NCBI GenBank assembly: GCA_036386715.1
Contig: DASVVD010000364.1
Location: 1-34,104 of the forward strand
Source of the DNA: Pseudoduganella sp.
GTDB lineage: Bacteria; Pseudomonadota; Gammaproteobacteria; Burkholderiales; Burkholderiaceae_D
DNA length: 34,104 nt
Reading direction: 5' to 3'
A model generated the notes under the pieces. The model ran no database searches. It had not been told where the DNA came from and saw only the letters and a list, made by a program, of their open reading frames with translations. The position numbers were made by a program, and so were the translations under genes. Numbering within the stretch: the first letter of the stretch is position 1; every line of letters starts with the position of its first letter. Below, piece by piece: positions 1 to 9,997 of this stretch.

Positions 1-137
1 GGACGCGTCGTCGATGCTGGGATCGGTGAATCTGCGACCTTGAGCATCGTACCAATTCTCCCTCCAAGGCACGCTGCATAAAAGTTGAATGCTTCTTCGC
101 ATTCGCCGTTGTAGTCAATGTGAAATGCCAAGCTCAT
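1..137 (-). CDS. VOC/PhnB-like (glyoxalase superfamily) protein, partial; 3' end runs off the window
   Basis: Not in the ORF track. Manual translation from the ATG at 137 gives MSLAFHIDYNGECEEAFNFYAACLGGRIGTMLKVADSPIP..., matching the PhnB/VOC N-terminal pattern xxNGxCEEAFxFYxxxLGG. Confidence 0.75.
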   Translation of the reverse strand, partial: MSLAFHIDYNGECEEAFNFYAACLGGRIGTMLKVADSPIPASTTR

Positions 138-189
138 GGTCAATTGTGAGTTCGTTGTGGTCCTGTTGATGGTGACATTCGTCAGCGCG

Positions 190-247
190 GTCTGCTTATG
201 GCGATTGCTACCGTCCAGTGTACGACAGCTTCCGCCCCTAATCAGAC
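190..247. repeat. Palindromic inter-gene repeat, copy 1
   Basis: GTCTG(190-194)...CAGAC(243-247) terminal inverted repeat; internal pairs GGCG/CGCC, GCT/AGC, CGT/ACG; core CTACCGTCCAGTGTACGACAGCTTCCGCCCC at 208-238. Confidence 0.8.
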
Positions 248-546
248 GTGGAGCCACTTTCTTTCGTCAACCGCGAGGATCTATACGCAAGGAAAAACAG
301 TAAGCAAGCTTGCGCCAAACCACAGAGGATTGCCCAGCCAACTTGGGCGAAGGGTAGCGAGAATAAGCTTGGCCAAGCTGTGTGCAAAGGGCTGACAGAA
401 AGCGACGAGGGCAAAGTTAATGCAAAAAGCACAACATCAGGTAATAGATGTTCCCGCTGCGAGTGAAGGAGCGTCGAGTCCACATAGAGTGCCCAGCACG
501 CCGCAAGTAACACGACAATTAAATAGACTCTAGCAAATATACCCAT
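238..546 (-). CDS. Small hypothetical membrane protein (about 3 hydrophobic segments)
   Basis: 102-aa ORF with hydrophobic stretches; GAGAG just upstream of the ATG; its TAG stop (238-240) lies inside repeat copy 1. Confidence 0.6.
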   Translation of the reverse strand: MGIFARVYLIVVLLAACWALYVDSTLLHSQREHLLPDVVLFALTLPSSLSVSPLHTAWPSLFSLPFAQVGWAILCGLAQACLLFFLAYRSSRLTKESGSTSD

Positions 547-622
547 CTCTCGTGACCGTGCTTTCTAGTTGACTGGTGAACGTCAAGACCGAGCGTGACT
601 CATACGGTTTGGAATCTTGAAC

Positions 623-681
623 GTCTGGAATTGGCCGCTTTCTGCCGTCTAGTCCACGACAACTTCCGCCCCATTGTGGAC
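623..681. repeat. Palindromic inter-gene repeat, copy 2
   Basis: Core 642-672 CTGCCGTCTAGTCCACGACAACTTCCGCCCC matches the copy 1 core at 26/31 positions; flanked by TTGAACGTC(617-625)/GACATTCAA(679-687). Confidence 0.8.
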
Positions 682-944
682 ATTCAACTCACGCTTTGTG
701 ATGCAAAAGATCATTCCACAGTCGGCCAAGTTGAACTCATCATTGATAGAGTCAAGCTGAGCGTAAAACGACATATCTTGCCACATGAACATGTGGGAAT
801 GTCGTCTGCTTGGATAAGATCCGGCTTGCCTCCGAGACGGTGACGCTTGCCGATGTCGTCGCCTGCCCACTTGAATGAGGGTAGAGCAGCGGCTTTCTGA
901 TCAAGGGGCGCCGGGGTCAACTTGAATGGTGGTATAGGTCGCAT
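649..944 (-). pseudogene. Frameshifted YwqG/DUF1963-like small protein gene
   Basis: The 944 frame reads ...HRLGGKPDLIQADDIPTCSCGK and the motif continues in another frame as MSFYAQLDSINDEFNLADCGMIF. The junction GGC AAG AT ATG TCG (about 772-782) is one base short of in-frame. The reading ends inside repeat copy 2. Confidence 0.65.
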
Positions 945-1023
945 GATGCACTTCGTTCGTTCTAAGGAGTTGTTCGGTAATCACAAGCTATGGAGAGGGG
1001 CGCCATGTCTGCTATGGCTCCAT

Positions 1024-1080
1024 GCCGGCTCGGTTGTCTGTTGCCGTTCAGTGTCTGTCCGTTTCCGCCCCAAACCGGCC
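1024..1080. repeat. Palindromic inter-gene repeat, copy 3
   Basis: Core 1041-1071 matches the copy 1 core at 23/31 positions, including exact TTCCGCCCC (1063-1071); terminal GCCGG(1024-1028)/CCGGC(1075-1079). Confidence 0.7.
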
Positions 1081-1126
1081 CTTCACCTGCAGGATAAAGA
1101 CTGAACTTGCGTCATCTGATTACTCA

Positions 1127-1549
1127 CTACACGTCATGCTCGAAATCATCGACGTAATAAAAATCTAAATCGATGGAAAGACCAAGTTGCGCGGCTTGCC
1201 TTATTTGTTCACGGTCAAAATGTGCTCCGTGGCCGGCCGCTGGAAAGTACCCCACGCATTGAAGCTGAAGATCGTAATCTATCCAAAGTTCTCGAATAGC
1301 TTCGGCCTTGCGGTGAAGTACAAGGAAGAGACCTTCAATGTGTTGAGTTAGCGGTATCGTGTCGTCGAACCCGCTGCTGAGTCGCCAACTCATGAAGCTG
1401 CGCGGTTTTCCATTTCTTGGATTCTCGTCCCCGACATTCCACGCTTCTGAAGGACTTAGGCCAAGAATGCTAGTAATAGTTTCGTGTAAGCCAGGGCCGG
1501 TAATTCGGAGATAGGCATACTCGCGACACGTCAGCGGTGGTGAAGTCAT
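1127..1549 (-). CDS. DUF4279 domain protein
   Basis: 140 aa; AYLRITG...ITxxLGLxP...W..GD...W.L.S and C-terminal LGLSIDLDFY pattern; AGGAG RBS upstream. Confidence 0.75.
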   Translation of the reverse strand: MTSPPLTCREYAYLRITGPGLHETITSILGLSPSEAWNVGDENPRNGKPRSFMSWRLSSGFDDTIPLTQHIEGLFLVLHRKAEAIRELWIDYDLQLQCVGYFPAAGHGAHFDREQIRQAAQLGLSIDLDFYYVDDFEHDV

Positions 1550-1580
1550 TGCACTCCTGTTGCGTTTTCAAGCGTTGAAT

Positions 1581-1641
1581 GGCCCGTTTTGGGCCGAAAG
1601 CTACCGGTCGGTATGACTCAGTCTACGACCTTGTTGCCGAC
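1581..1641. repeat. Palindromic inter-gene repeat, copy 4 (most diverged)
   Basis: 1601-1631 aligns ungapped to the copy 1 core at 18/31 (GCTACCG shared); preceded by TTGAA as in copy 2; ends in GAC like copies 1 and 2. Confidence 0.55.
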
Positions 1642-1787
1642 AGGACAAGCTGCAGGGCGCCTGCCGCTCTGTTTGTTGAGGCATTCAATATTGGTAGGTG
1701 ACGGACTATTTCACTTTGTGGCGAACTTTGCTAGCGGGCCACAACAGCACGCGTACGCACTTGAAATGCTCAGCGTGCTTCATCATG

Positions 1788-1822
1788 AAAAAACCCCAAA
1801 GCTGGTGTTCAACTTTTGGGGT
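1788..1822 (-). terminator. Rho-independent terminator for the TonB receptor gene
   Basis: Minus strand ACCCCAAAAGTTG-loop-CAGCTTTGGGGT followed by a T run, about 65 bp after the receptor stop codon. Confidence 0.65.
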
Positions 1823-1886
1823 CCGGGCAGTTTTGTCAGGGCTTTTTTAGATCAGGACAGGCAGGATGCCCGGCCGGGAACCGTGG

Positions 1887-4070
1887 TCAGAACCGGTAGC
1901 GCAGCGTGGCCGACACGCTGCGCGGTGCCTGGTACGTGATCGCGTTGAAGGCGGCAAACATGGCGAAGTGCTTCTTGTCGAACGCGTTGTCGATGTTCAG
2001 CTGGGCCGACAGGCGGTCGTTGATGTCGTAGCGCGCCATCAGGTTGACGAGGGTGAACGCCGGCTGCTCGATCATGATGCTGGGAGTATCCGCCGTCTTT
2101 GGAGCGAGCGTCCAGGTACGGCTCTCCCAGTTGGCGCCGCCGCCCACCGTCAGCTTGCTCAGCTCGCCCGGGAAGCGGTAGGTGGTAAACACGCGGAAGG
2201 TCTTGCGCGGGTAGATGCTGTTGAATTGCGTGCCGTTCGATTCCTCGGCCTTGAACCAGGCAAAGCCGGCGGTGGCGTTCCAGCCGCGTGCCAGCTCGCC
2301 CGACAGTTCGGTCTCGAAGCCCTTGCTTTCCGCGCCGTCCGCCGCGCGGTAGTAGGTTTCCGGCAGCGTGGTGCCGGGAACGGTACGGGTGTCGACTTCC
2401 ACGCCGAGCTTGTCCTGCTGGATGCGGAAGACCGAGAACTGCGCATTCAGGCGGTTGTTCAGGAATGCGCCTTTCACGCCGGTTTCATAGCTCTTGCCGA
2501 CCACCGGATCGAGCAGGTTGCCGTTCACGTCCTTCAGGTTCTGCGGCTGGAAGATGTCGGTATAGCTGGCGTAGGCCGACCAGTTGCGGTCGATGTCGTA
2601 GACCAGGCCGGCATACGGCGTCACTTCGCGGTCGTTCTTGATCGCATAGGCGGCGGTCCACAGGCCATGGCCGGTTTTCTCGTAATTGCTGACGCGCGCG
2701 CCGATGATCAGTTTCAAGGGATCGGCCAGCGAGAAGCGCAGCACGCCATAGAGCGCTTCCTGCCTGGTTTCGCTGCTTTCATAGAACGTGCGTGCGCCCC
2801 AGCTCGGCCGAGGGTAGGCGCCCGGGTTGAAGCGGTTGAAGTCGCCGACGGCGGAACTGACGTCGCCGTAGTCCGCGGCGCGGCTGTCGGAATTGAATTC
2901 CTGCTTCGAATGCAGGTAGCCGAATGCCGCCTCGTGCTGGCGGCCGCCCAGCGCGAACGGGCCGCTGGCGTGCAGGCTGAAGTCGTCCTGCTTGACGCGC
3001 GTATTGTAGGAGCCGGAGAAAGCGGACATGCCCAGGCCGGTCACGCGGTCGGGAATGCCCGACAGGTACAGCAGGTAGGTGTCGCCCTTGCGGTCGCCGC
3101 GCGTATACGAACCGCGCACTTTCCAGCCGTTGGCGAAGTTGTGTTCGAGATTCACGAAAACATTGTCGTAGCTGCTGCTCCAGGTGGTCCAGTCGGCAGC
3201 CGTGGTCTTGGAAACATCCCAGTTCGTCTTCGTGCCATCCGTGTAGTAGTAAGGCAGGCCGCCCCACATCGAGCCTTGCGGATCAGTTTCCTGGCGGCTG
3301 GCGCCGGCCGACAGCAGCGTGCCGGGCCCCAGGTCTGCCTCGATCGTGGCGTAGACTGTCTTGTCCTTGTTCTTCAGGGCATCGACCCAGCTGTCGGCCT
3401 TGCGGTACTCGCCGACCACACGGGCGCGCACGCTGCCCGATTCATTCAGTGCCGTCGACACGTCGGCCATCGCACGGCGCTCGTTCCAGCGGCCGATGGT
3501 CACTTCTGCGGTGCCGGCCAGTTCCTTGCTGGTGGCGCGCTTGCGCACCAGGTTGATCGCTGCGGACGGGTTGCCGGCGCCGGTCATCAGGCCGGTTGCG
3601 CCGCGCACGATTTCCACGCGCTCGTAGATCGCCAGGCTCCCCAGCGTCTCGCCGGCGCTCCACGACTGTTCCCACGTCGTCGGAATGCCGTCGATCTGCA
3701 GGTTGGTGATGTCGAAGCCGCGCGCGGTAAATCCGGCGCGGTGCGTTTCATACTGGTTCACCGAGACGCCGGTGGCGTTGTTGACCACGTCGGTGATCGT
3801 GGCCAGGCCCTGGTCCTCGATGCGCTCGCGGGTGATCACCGAGACCGCCTGCGGCGTTTCGCGGATCGACAAGTCCAGCGGCGTCGCGGTACCCACCACG
3901 CGCGTGGTGTAGCCGGTATCGCCTTCCTTTTGCGCCTGCACTTCAACCTGCGGCATCACGGGCTGGGATTGTTCGGCCACCTGGGCGAAAGCGGCCAGGG
4001 GCAGGGCCAGGCCCGCGTAAAGGGGAAAGCGGGCCAGCTTGCGGGCGGCGGCGCGGGAATTCTTCTTCAT
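1887..4070 (-). CDS. TonB-dependent ferric-siderophore receptor (FhuE/FpvA-like)
   Basis: Signal peptide; plug motifs LSIRETPQAVSVIT and YERVEIVRGATGLMTGAGNPSAAINLVRK; C-terminal LNIDNAFDK...YRF. Start placed at MKKNSR (4070); the ORF is open to 4112. Confidence 0.92.
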   Translation of the reverse strand: MKKNSRAAARKLARFPLYAGLALPLAAFAQVAEQSQPVMPQVEVQAQKEGDTGYTTRVVGTATPLDLSIRETPQAVSVITRERIEDQGLATITDVVNNATGVSVNQYETHRAGFTARGFDITNLQIDGIPTTWEQSWSAGETLGSLAIYERVEIVRGATGLMTGAGNPSAAINLVRKRATSKELAGTAEVTIGRWNERRAMADVSTALNESGSVRARVVGEYRKADSWVDALKNKDKTVYATIEADLGPGTLLSAGASRQETDPQGSMWGGLPYYYTDGTKTNWDVSKTTAADWTTWSSSYDNVFVNLEHNFANGWKVRGSYTRGDRKGDTYLLYLSGIPDRVTGLGMSAFSGSYNTRVKQDDFSLHASGPFALGGRQHEAAFGYLHSKQEFNSDSRAADYGDVSSAVGDFNRFNPGAYPRPSWGARTFYESSETRQEALYGVLRFSLADPLKLIIGARVSNYEKTGHGLWTAAYAIKNDREVTPYAGLVYDIDRNWSAYASYTDIFQPQNLKDVNGNLLDPVVGKSYETGVKGAFLNNRLNAQFSVFRIQQDKLGVEVDTRTVPGTTLPETYYRAADGAESKGFETELSGELARGWNATAGFAWFKAEESNGTQFNSIYPRKTFRVFTTYRFPGELSKLTVGGGANWESRTWTLAPKTADTPSIMIEQPAFTLVNLMARYDINDRLSAQLNIDNAFDKKHFAMFAAFNAITYQAPRSVSATLRYRF

Positions 4071-4144
4071 TTTTTTTGTCCAGTTGGCGGTGGGCGCGGC
4101 ATGCAAGGGCACTACGCACCGGTAGTCATTTACTCAAGAACGTG

Positions 4145-4173
4145 AATGATAACGATTCGCATTCTTAAGTCAA
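4145..4173 (-). promoter_or_regulatory. Fur box overlapping a sigma70-like promoter
   Basis: AATGATAACGATTCGCATT (4145-4163) resembles the Fur consensus; minus-strand TTGACT(4173-4168)-N16-TATCAT(4151-4146); lies upstream of a siderophore receptor. Confidence 0.75.
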
Positions 4174-4225
4174 GATAAACTATTTAACTGGACAGCAATT
4201 TTTGCATCAGCGGAATTTGCAAGGA

Positions 4226-4266
4226 TGAGCCCGTGTCAGGGTGCCTGGCCCCATGACACGGGCTCA
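4226..4266. terminator. Stem-loop at the 3' end of the sugar operon
   Basis: Perfect 13-bp inverted repeat TGAGCCCGTGTCA/TGACACGGGCTCA just after the Gfo/Idh/MocA stop codon; no clear U tract. Confidence 0.55.
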
Positions 4267-4271
4267 GCAAT

Positions 4272-5444
4272 TTACTGCAACGCCGTCCAGCGCGACCCGG
4301 CCCGATCGCTTTCCAGCACCGCATCGATGAACTTCATCCCCGCCACGCCATCATCCACGGTCGGCAGGTCGGCGGTCTCCGGAGAGACGGGCTGGCCGGC
4401 GATCACCGCGTGAATGCGCGCCGCGGCATCGCGGTACAGCTGCGCGAACGCTTCCAGGTAGCCTTCCGGGTGGCCGGATGGCACGCGCGTGGCATGTTCG
4501 GCCGCCGCCCCGCGCACCCGGCCACGGGTCAACCGCTGCGCGCTGCCGCCCTGCGGCGTGAGCCACAGCTCGTTCGGATTCTCCTGGTCGAACGCCAGGC
4601 TGGCCTTGCTGCCGAACACGCGCAGCTTCAGGGCGTTTTCGCAGCCGGTCGCCATCTGGCTCGACCACAGCATGCCGCGCGCGCCGTTCGGGTAGCGCAG
4701 CATCACCTGCACGTGGTCGTCCAGCACGCGGTCCGGCGTGAACGCGTGCAGCTCGGCCAGCAATTCGTTCGGCTGGATGCCGCTGACAAAACCGGCCAGG
4801 TGGAACGCGTGCGTGCCGATGTCGCTGGTGCAGCCGGTGGGGCCGGCCCGCTCTGGATCGTTGTGCCAGTTGGTGCGCTGGAACTCCTCGCTTTGCGGGC
4901 CCGCCTCGGCCATCCAGTCCTGCGCATACTCGACGTGCACCAGGCGCACCTCGCCGATGGCGCCGGTGGCCACCAGCTCGCGCGCATGCCGCACCATGGG
5001 GTAGCCGGTATACGTGTGGGTGAGGGCGAACACCCGGTTTTTCTCGCGCGCCAGCGCGGCCAGCGCCTCGCCCTCGGCGGTGGCGATGCCGAGCGGCTTG
5101 TCGCAGATGACGTGGATGCCGGCTTCCAGGAAGGCCGTGGCAACCGGCGCATGCAGGTAGTTCGGCGTGACGATGGCCACGGCGTCGATGCCGTCCGGCC
5201 GTGCGGCTTCGGCGCGCGCCATCTCGCGGTAGTCGGTGTAGCAACGCGACGGGTCGAAGCGCAGCGCCGTGCCGCTGGCGAGCGCACGTTCCGGATTACC
5301 GGACAGCGCGCCGGCCACGACTTCATAATCGTCGTCGAGCCGGGCGGCGATGCGGTGCACGGCGCCGATGAAGGCGCCGTCGCCGCCGCCGACCATGCCG
5401 AGGCGCAGCTTGCGGGGGACGGTCGTCGATACGGTCTTCGTCAT
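4272..5444 (-). CDS. Gfo/Idh/MocA family NAD(P)-dependent oxidoreductase
   Basis: LRLGMVGGGDGAFIGAVHR, IVTPNYLH, HVICDKP, DIGTHA. Start at MTKTVS (ATG 5444) overlaps the upstream stop (ATGA). Confidence 0.92.
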   Translation of the reverse strand: MTKTVSTTVPRKLRLGMVGGGDGAFIGAVHRIAARLDDDYEVVAGALSGNPERALASGTALRFDPSRCYTDYREMARAEAARPDGIDAVAIVTPNYLHAPVATAFLEAGIHVICDKPLGIATAEGEALAALAREKNRVFALTHTYTGYPMVRHARELVATGAIGEVRLVHVEYAQDWMAEAGPQSEEFQRTNWHNDPERAGPTGCTSDIGTHAFHLAGFVSGIQPNELLAELHAFTPDRVLDDHVQVMLRYPNGARGMLWSSQMATGCENALKLRVFGSKASLAFDQENPNELWLTPQGGSAQRLTRGRVRGAAAEHATRVPSGHPEGYLEAFAQLYRDAAARIHAVIAGQPVSPETADLPTVDDGVAGMKFIDAVLESDRAGSRWTALQ

Positions 5445-6496
5445 GCTTCGAGTCCCATCAGGTTGCGCAGCGCGGCGCGGTCGGTGCCGCTGCCGGCGAA
5501 ATCGTCGAAGGCCCGGTCGGCCACGCGGATGATGTGGCGGCGGATGAAGTCCGCGCCTTCGCGCGCGCCGTCCTCCGGGTGCTTCAGGCAGCACTCCCAT
5601 TCCAGCACGGCCCAGCCGCTGTAGTCGTACTGCGCCAGTTTCGAGAAGATCGCCGTGAAATCGACCTGGCCGTCGCCCAGCGAGCGGAAGCGGCCGGCGC
5701 GGTCCACCCAGCCGTTGTAGCCGCCGTAGACGCCTTGCCGGCCATCCGGCCGGAACTCGGCATCCTTCACATGGAAGGCCTTGATGCGTTCATGGTAGAT
5801 GTCGATGAACGCCAGGTAGTCGAGCTGCTGCAGCAGGAAGTGGCTCGGGTCGTAGAGGATGTTGGCGCGCGGGTGATTGCCCACGCCTTCCAGGAATCGT
5901 TCGAACGTCACACCATCGTGCAGGTCTTCGCCGGGGTGCAGCTCGTAGCATATGTCCACGCCGGCATCGTCGAACACGTCGAGGATCGGCTTCCAGCGCC
6001 TGGCCAGCTCGCCGAACGCTTCCTCGACCAGGCCGGCGGGGCGCTGCGGCCACGGGTACAGGTAAGGCCAGGCCAGCGCGCCGGAAAAGCTGGCTTGCGT
6101 GGTCAGTCCCAGGCGCCGCGACGCCTTGGCCGCCGCCTTCATCTGCTCGACCGCCCACGCCTGCCGTGCCTGCGGCTTGCCGCGCACGTGCGGCGCGGCG
6201 AAGCCGTCGAACAGCTGGTCGTACGCGGGGTGCACGGCCACCAGCTGGCCCTGCAGGTGGGTCGACAGTTCGGTGATCTTCAGGCCGTGCTCGGCCAGCA
6301 CGCCGGTGATCTCGTCGCAGTAGGTCTGGCTGTCGGCGGCCTTGTCCAGGTCGATCAGGCGCGGGTCGGTCGGCAGCTGCACGGCTTTGTAGCCGAGGCC
6401 CTTGGCCCAGCCGGCCAGGTTGGCCAGCGTGTCGAACGGCGCCTCGCCGCCCATGAACTGGGCGAGGAAGATCGCCGGTCCCTTGATGGTCTTCAT
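5441..6496 (-). CDS. Sugar phosphate isomerase/epimerase TIM-barrel protein (IolE/xylose-isomerase-like), cytoplasmic
   Basis: MKTIKGPAIFLAQF start; metal ligands in YELHPGED, YDPSHF, FHVKDAE and VLEWEC. Confidence 0.9.
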   Translation of the reverse strand: MKTIKGPAIFLAQFMGGEAPFDTLANLAGWAKGLGYKAVQLPTDPRLIDLDKAADSQTYCDEITGVLAEHGLKITELSTHLQGQLVAVHPAYDQLFDGFAAPHVRGKPQARQAWAVEQMKAAAKASRRLGLTTQASFSGALAWPYLYPWPQRPAGLVEEAFGELARRWKPILDVFDDAGVDICYELHPGEDLHDGVTFERFLEGVGNHPRANILYDPSHFLLQQLDYLAFIDIYHERIKAFHVKDAEFRPDGRQGVYGGYNGWVDRAGRFRSLGDGQVDFTAIFSKLAQYDYSGWAVLEWECCLKHPEDGAREGADFIRRHIIRVADRAFDDFAGSGTDRAALRNLMGLEA

Positions 6497-6523
6497 GCTG
6501 ATCCTTGACTAAAATTGTAAATG

Positions 6524-7471
6524 TCAGTACGGCGAATTCGGGTAGTAGAACTGGCTGGCGTTGGCGCGCGTGATCAGCACCGACGGGATGATCGTCTGCG
6601 CCGGCAGCGCCTCGCCCTTCAGCCGGGCGTTGGCGGTCATCTTGATCGCGTCGTAGATGAACTTCGGCGAGTAGGAAACGTTCGCCTGGATCAGCTTGTC
6701 GCCATCGAGCACCTTCTTGACGGCGAACTTCGCACCGGCGCCGCCGAACACCTCCTGGATGTCGGTGCGTTTGGCCTGCTCGATCGCCTTCAGCGCGCCG
6801 ATCGCCATGTCGTCGTCGGCGGCCCACACGGCATCGATCTGCTTGAAGCGCGTCAGGTAGTCCTGCGTGACCTTGAACGCATCGTCGCGGTTCCAGTTGC
6901 CATATTTCGCATCGAGCACCTTGATGCCCGGGTGCTTCTTGATCTCGGCATTGAAGGCATTCACGCGTTCGTTGTCGATGGTGCTCGGCATGCCGCGCAG
7001 CACCACGATATTGCCCTTGCCGTTCAGCTTCTTGGCCAGGTACTCGGCCGGCAGGCGGCCGAAGGCCGTGTTGTCGCCGGCCACATAGGCGTTCTGCGCC
7101 GCCGGGCTGGTCAGGCCGCGGTCCACCACGGTCACGTACACGCCCTTGTTCTTCACCTGGGCCACCGGCTGCGTCAGCGATGCCGATTCCAGCGGCAGGA
7201 TCACCAGCGCATTCATCTTGTTCACCACCAGCAGGTCCTGCACCTGGTTGGCCTGCTCCGGCGTGCTGCTGGCCGTCTTGACGATGATCTTCAGGCCCGG
7301 ATTGGCCGCTTCCAGTTCCTTCTTGGCCTGGTTGGCCCACCAGACGATGCCGCCGGTGAAGCCGTGCGTGGCGGTGGGGATCGCCACGCCGAGCGTGACG
7401 GGTTGCGCTGCAAAGCCTTGGCCGGCGGCGGCCAGCAGGCAGGCGGCGACGATACGGTTCAGTGTAAACAT
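6524..7471 (-). CDS. Sugar ABC transporter substrate-binding protein (RbsB-like)
   Basis: Signal peptide; [28 protein letters not shown]. Confidence 0.92.
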   Translation of the reverse strand: MFTLNRIVAACLLAAAGQGFAAQPVTLGVAIPTATHGFTGGIVWWANQAKKELEAANPGLKIIVKTASSTPEQANQVQDLLVVNKMNALVILPLESASLTQPVAQVKNKGVYVTVVDRGLTSPAAQNAYVAGDNTAFGRLPAEYLAKKLNGKGNIVVLRGMPSTIDNERVNAFNAEIKKHPGIKVLDAKYGNWNRDDAFKVTQDYLTRFKQIDAVWAADDDMAIGALKAIEQAKRTDIQEVFGGAGAKFAVKKVLDGDKLIQANVSYSPKFIYDAIKMTANARLKGEALPAQTIIPSVLITRANASQFYYPNSPY

Positions 7472-7489
7472 GGGGTTTCCTTTGAAATG

Positions 7490-8504
7490 CTAGCGGCGGC
7501 CACGCTGCAGGTAGGCCACGGTAATGATGACGACACCCTGCACGGCGGCGTTCAGGTACACGCTGATGATGCTGGTGAGGTTGAGGATATTGCCGATCAC
7601 GGACAGCAGGATGGCGCCGATCACGGTGCCCATGATGCGGCCCGAGCCGCCCTTGAGCGAGGTGCCGCCGACGACGACCGCGGCGATCGCTTCGAGCTCC
7701 CACAGGATGCCGGTGGTCGGCGTGGCCGAGCCCAGGCGCGGCACGTAGAGGATGGTGGCGATCGCCACGCACACGCCCAGCAGCAGGTAAGTCAGCGTCT
7801 TCACGCGGTCGACCCGGATCGTCGCATAGCGCGCCACCTGTTCGTTCGAGCCGATCGCCTGCACGTGCTGGCCGAACGGCGTGCGGTTCAGGATGACGAC
7901 GCCGGCCAGCGCCACCAGGGCGAAGATCCACACCGGTACCGGCACGCCCAGCACGCTCTGGTAGTACACCGGGCCGTAGGTTTCCGACAGGTTGAAATCG
8001 AGCGTGAGGGCGCCGCCGTCGGACAGCCAGGTGAGCACCGCGCGGAAGATGCCCAGCGTGCCGAGCGTGACGATGAACGGTTCGATACGCCCATGGGTGA
8101 CCAGGAAGCCGTGCGTGACGCCGGCCACCGCGCCGAATGCCAGCGCGAGCGCGATACCCAGCACCACGATCGCGAACGGGGAGGGCGGCGTGGCGCCCAG
8201 GGCCAGCGCGTTCATGGCCACGATCATTACGCCGGCGATCAGTGCGGCCATCGAGCCGACCGACAGGTCGATGCCGCCGGAGGCGATCACGAACGTCATG
8301 CCCACGGCGATGATGCCGATGAACGCGGTGCGGGTGAGCACGTTCATCAGGTTGTCGAACGTGGCGAAGCCCGGGTTCAGCAGCGCGCCGGCGATGCACA
8401 GCAGGACCAGCGCAATGATGGGGCCCGCGCCTTTGAATCGGGCCAGGCGGGAGGCTGAATGCGCTGGAGGTTTCAGGCGCGCGGAAGGCAGGGCGCCGCC
8501 CGTG

Positions 8505-8527
<23 letters not shown>
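7490..8527 (-). CDS. Sugar ABC transporter permease (RbsC-like)
   Basis: [45 protein letters not shown]. Confidence 0.93.
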
Positions 8528-9995
<1,468 letters not shown>

Positions 9996-9997
9996 GG

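Noticed and set aside
198-1104. Plus-strand short ORFs 198..395, 248..466, 595..843, 922..1104
   Set aside because: They overlap better-supported minus-strand genes or span the repeats and have no recognisable features.
190-1641. Repeats as a CRISPR array or canonical integron attC sites
   Set aside because: Spacing is about 400-560 bp with whole genes in between and the copies are degenerate, so not CRISPR. No RYYYAAC/GTTRRRY ends and no intI in the window, so not called attC.
1720-1752. Possible fifth repeat remnant (…GCTAGCGGGCCACAACAGCAC)
   Set aside because: Too little similarity to the four-copy core to support by eye.
1887-4070. TonB receptor as the sugar importer of the adjacent glycoside cluster
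   Set aside because: It has siderophore-receptor motifs and its own Fur-boxed promoter, and a stem-loop separates it from the sugar operon.
1866-4145. 759-aa plus-strand ORF and similar long antisense ORFs (e.g. 6521..8458, 7992..10256, 16369..18162, 26204..28792)
   Set aside because: Shadow frames of well-supported genes on the opposite strand in high-GC DNA; no recognisable motifs.
5441-6496. Calling the cluster an inositol (iol) pathway from the IolE-like and Idh-like genes
   Set aside because: No iolB, iolC or iolD; the GMC, Tat subunit and DUF1080 context fits 3-ketoglycoside metabolism better.
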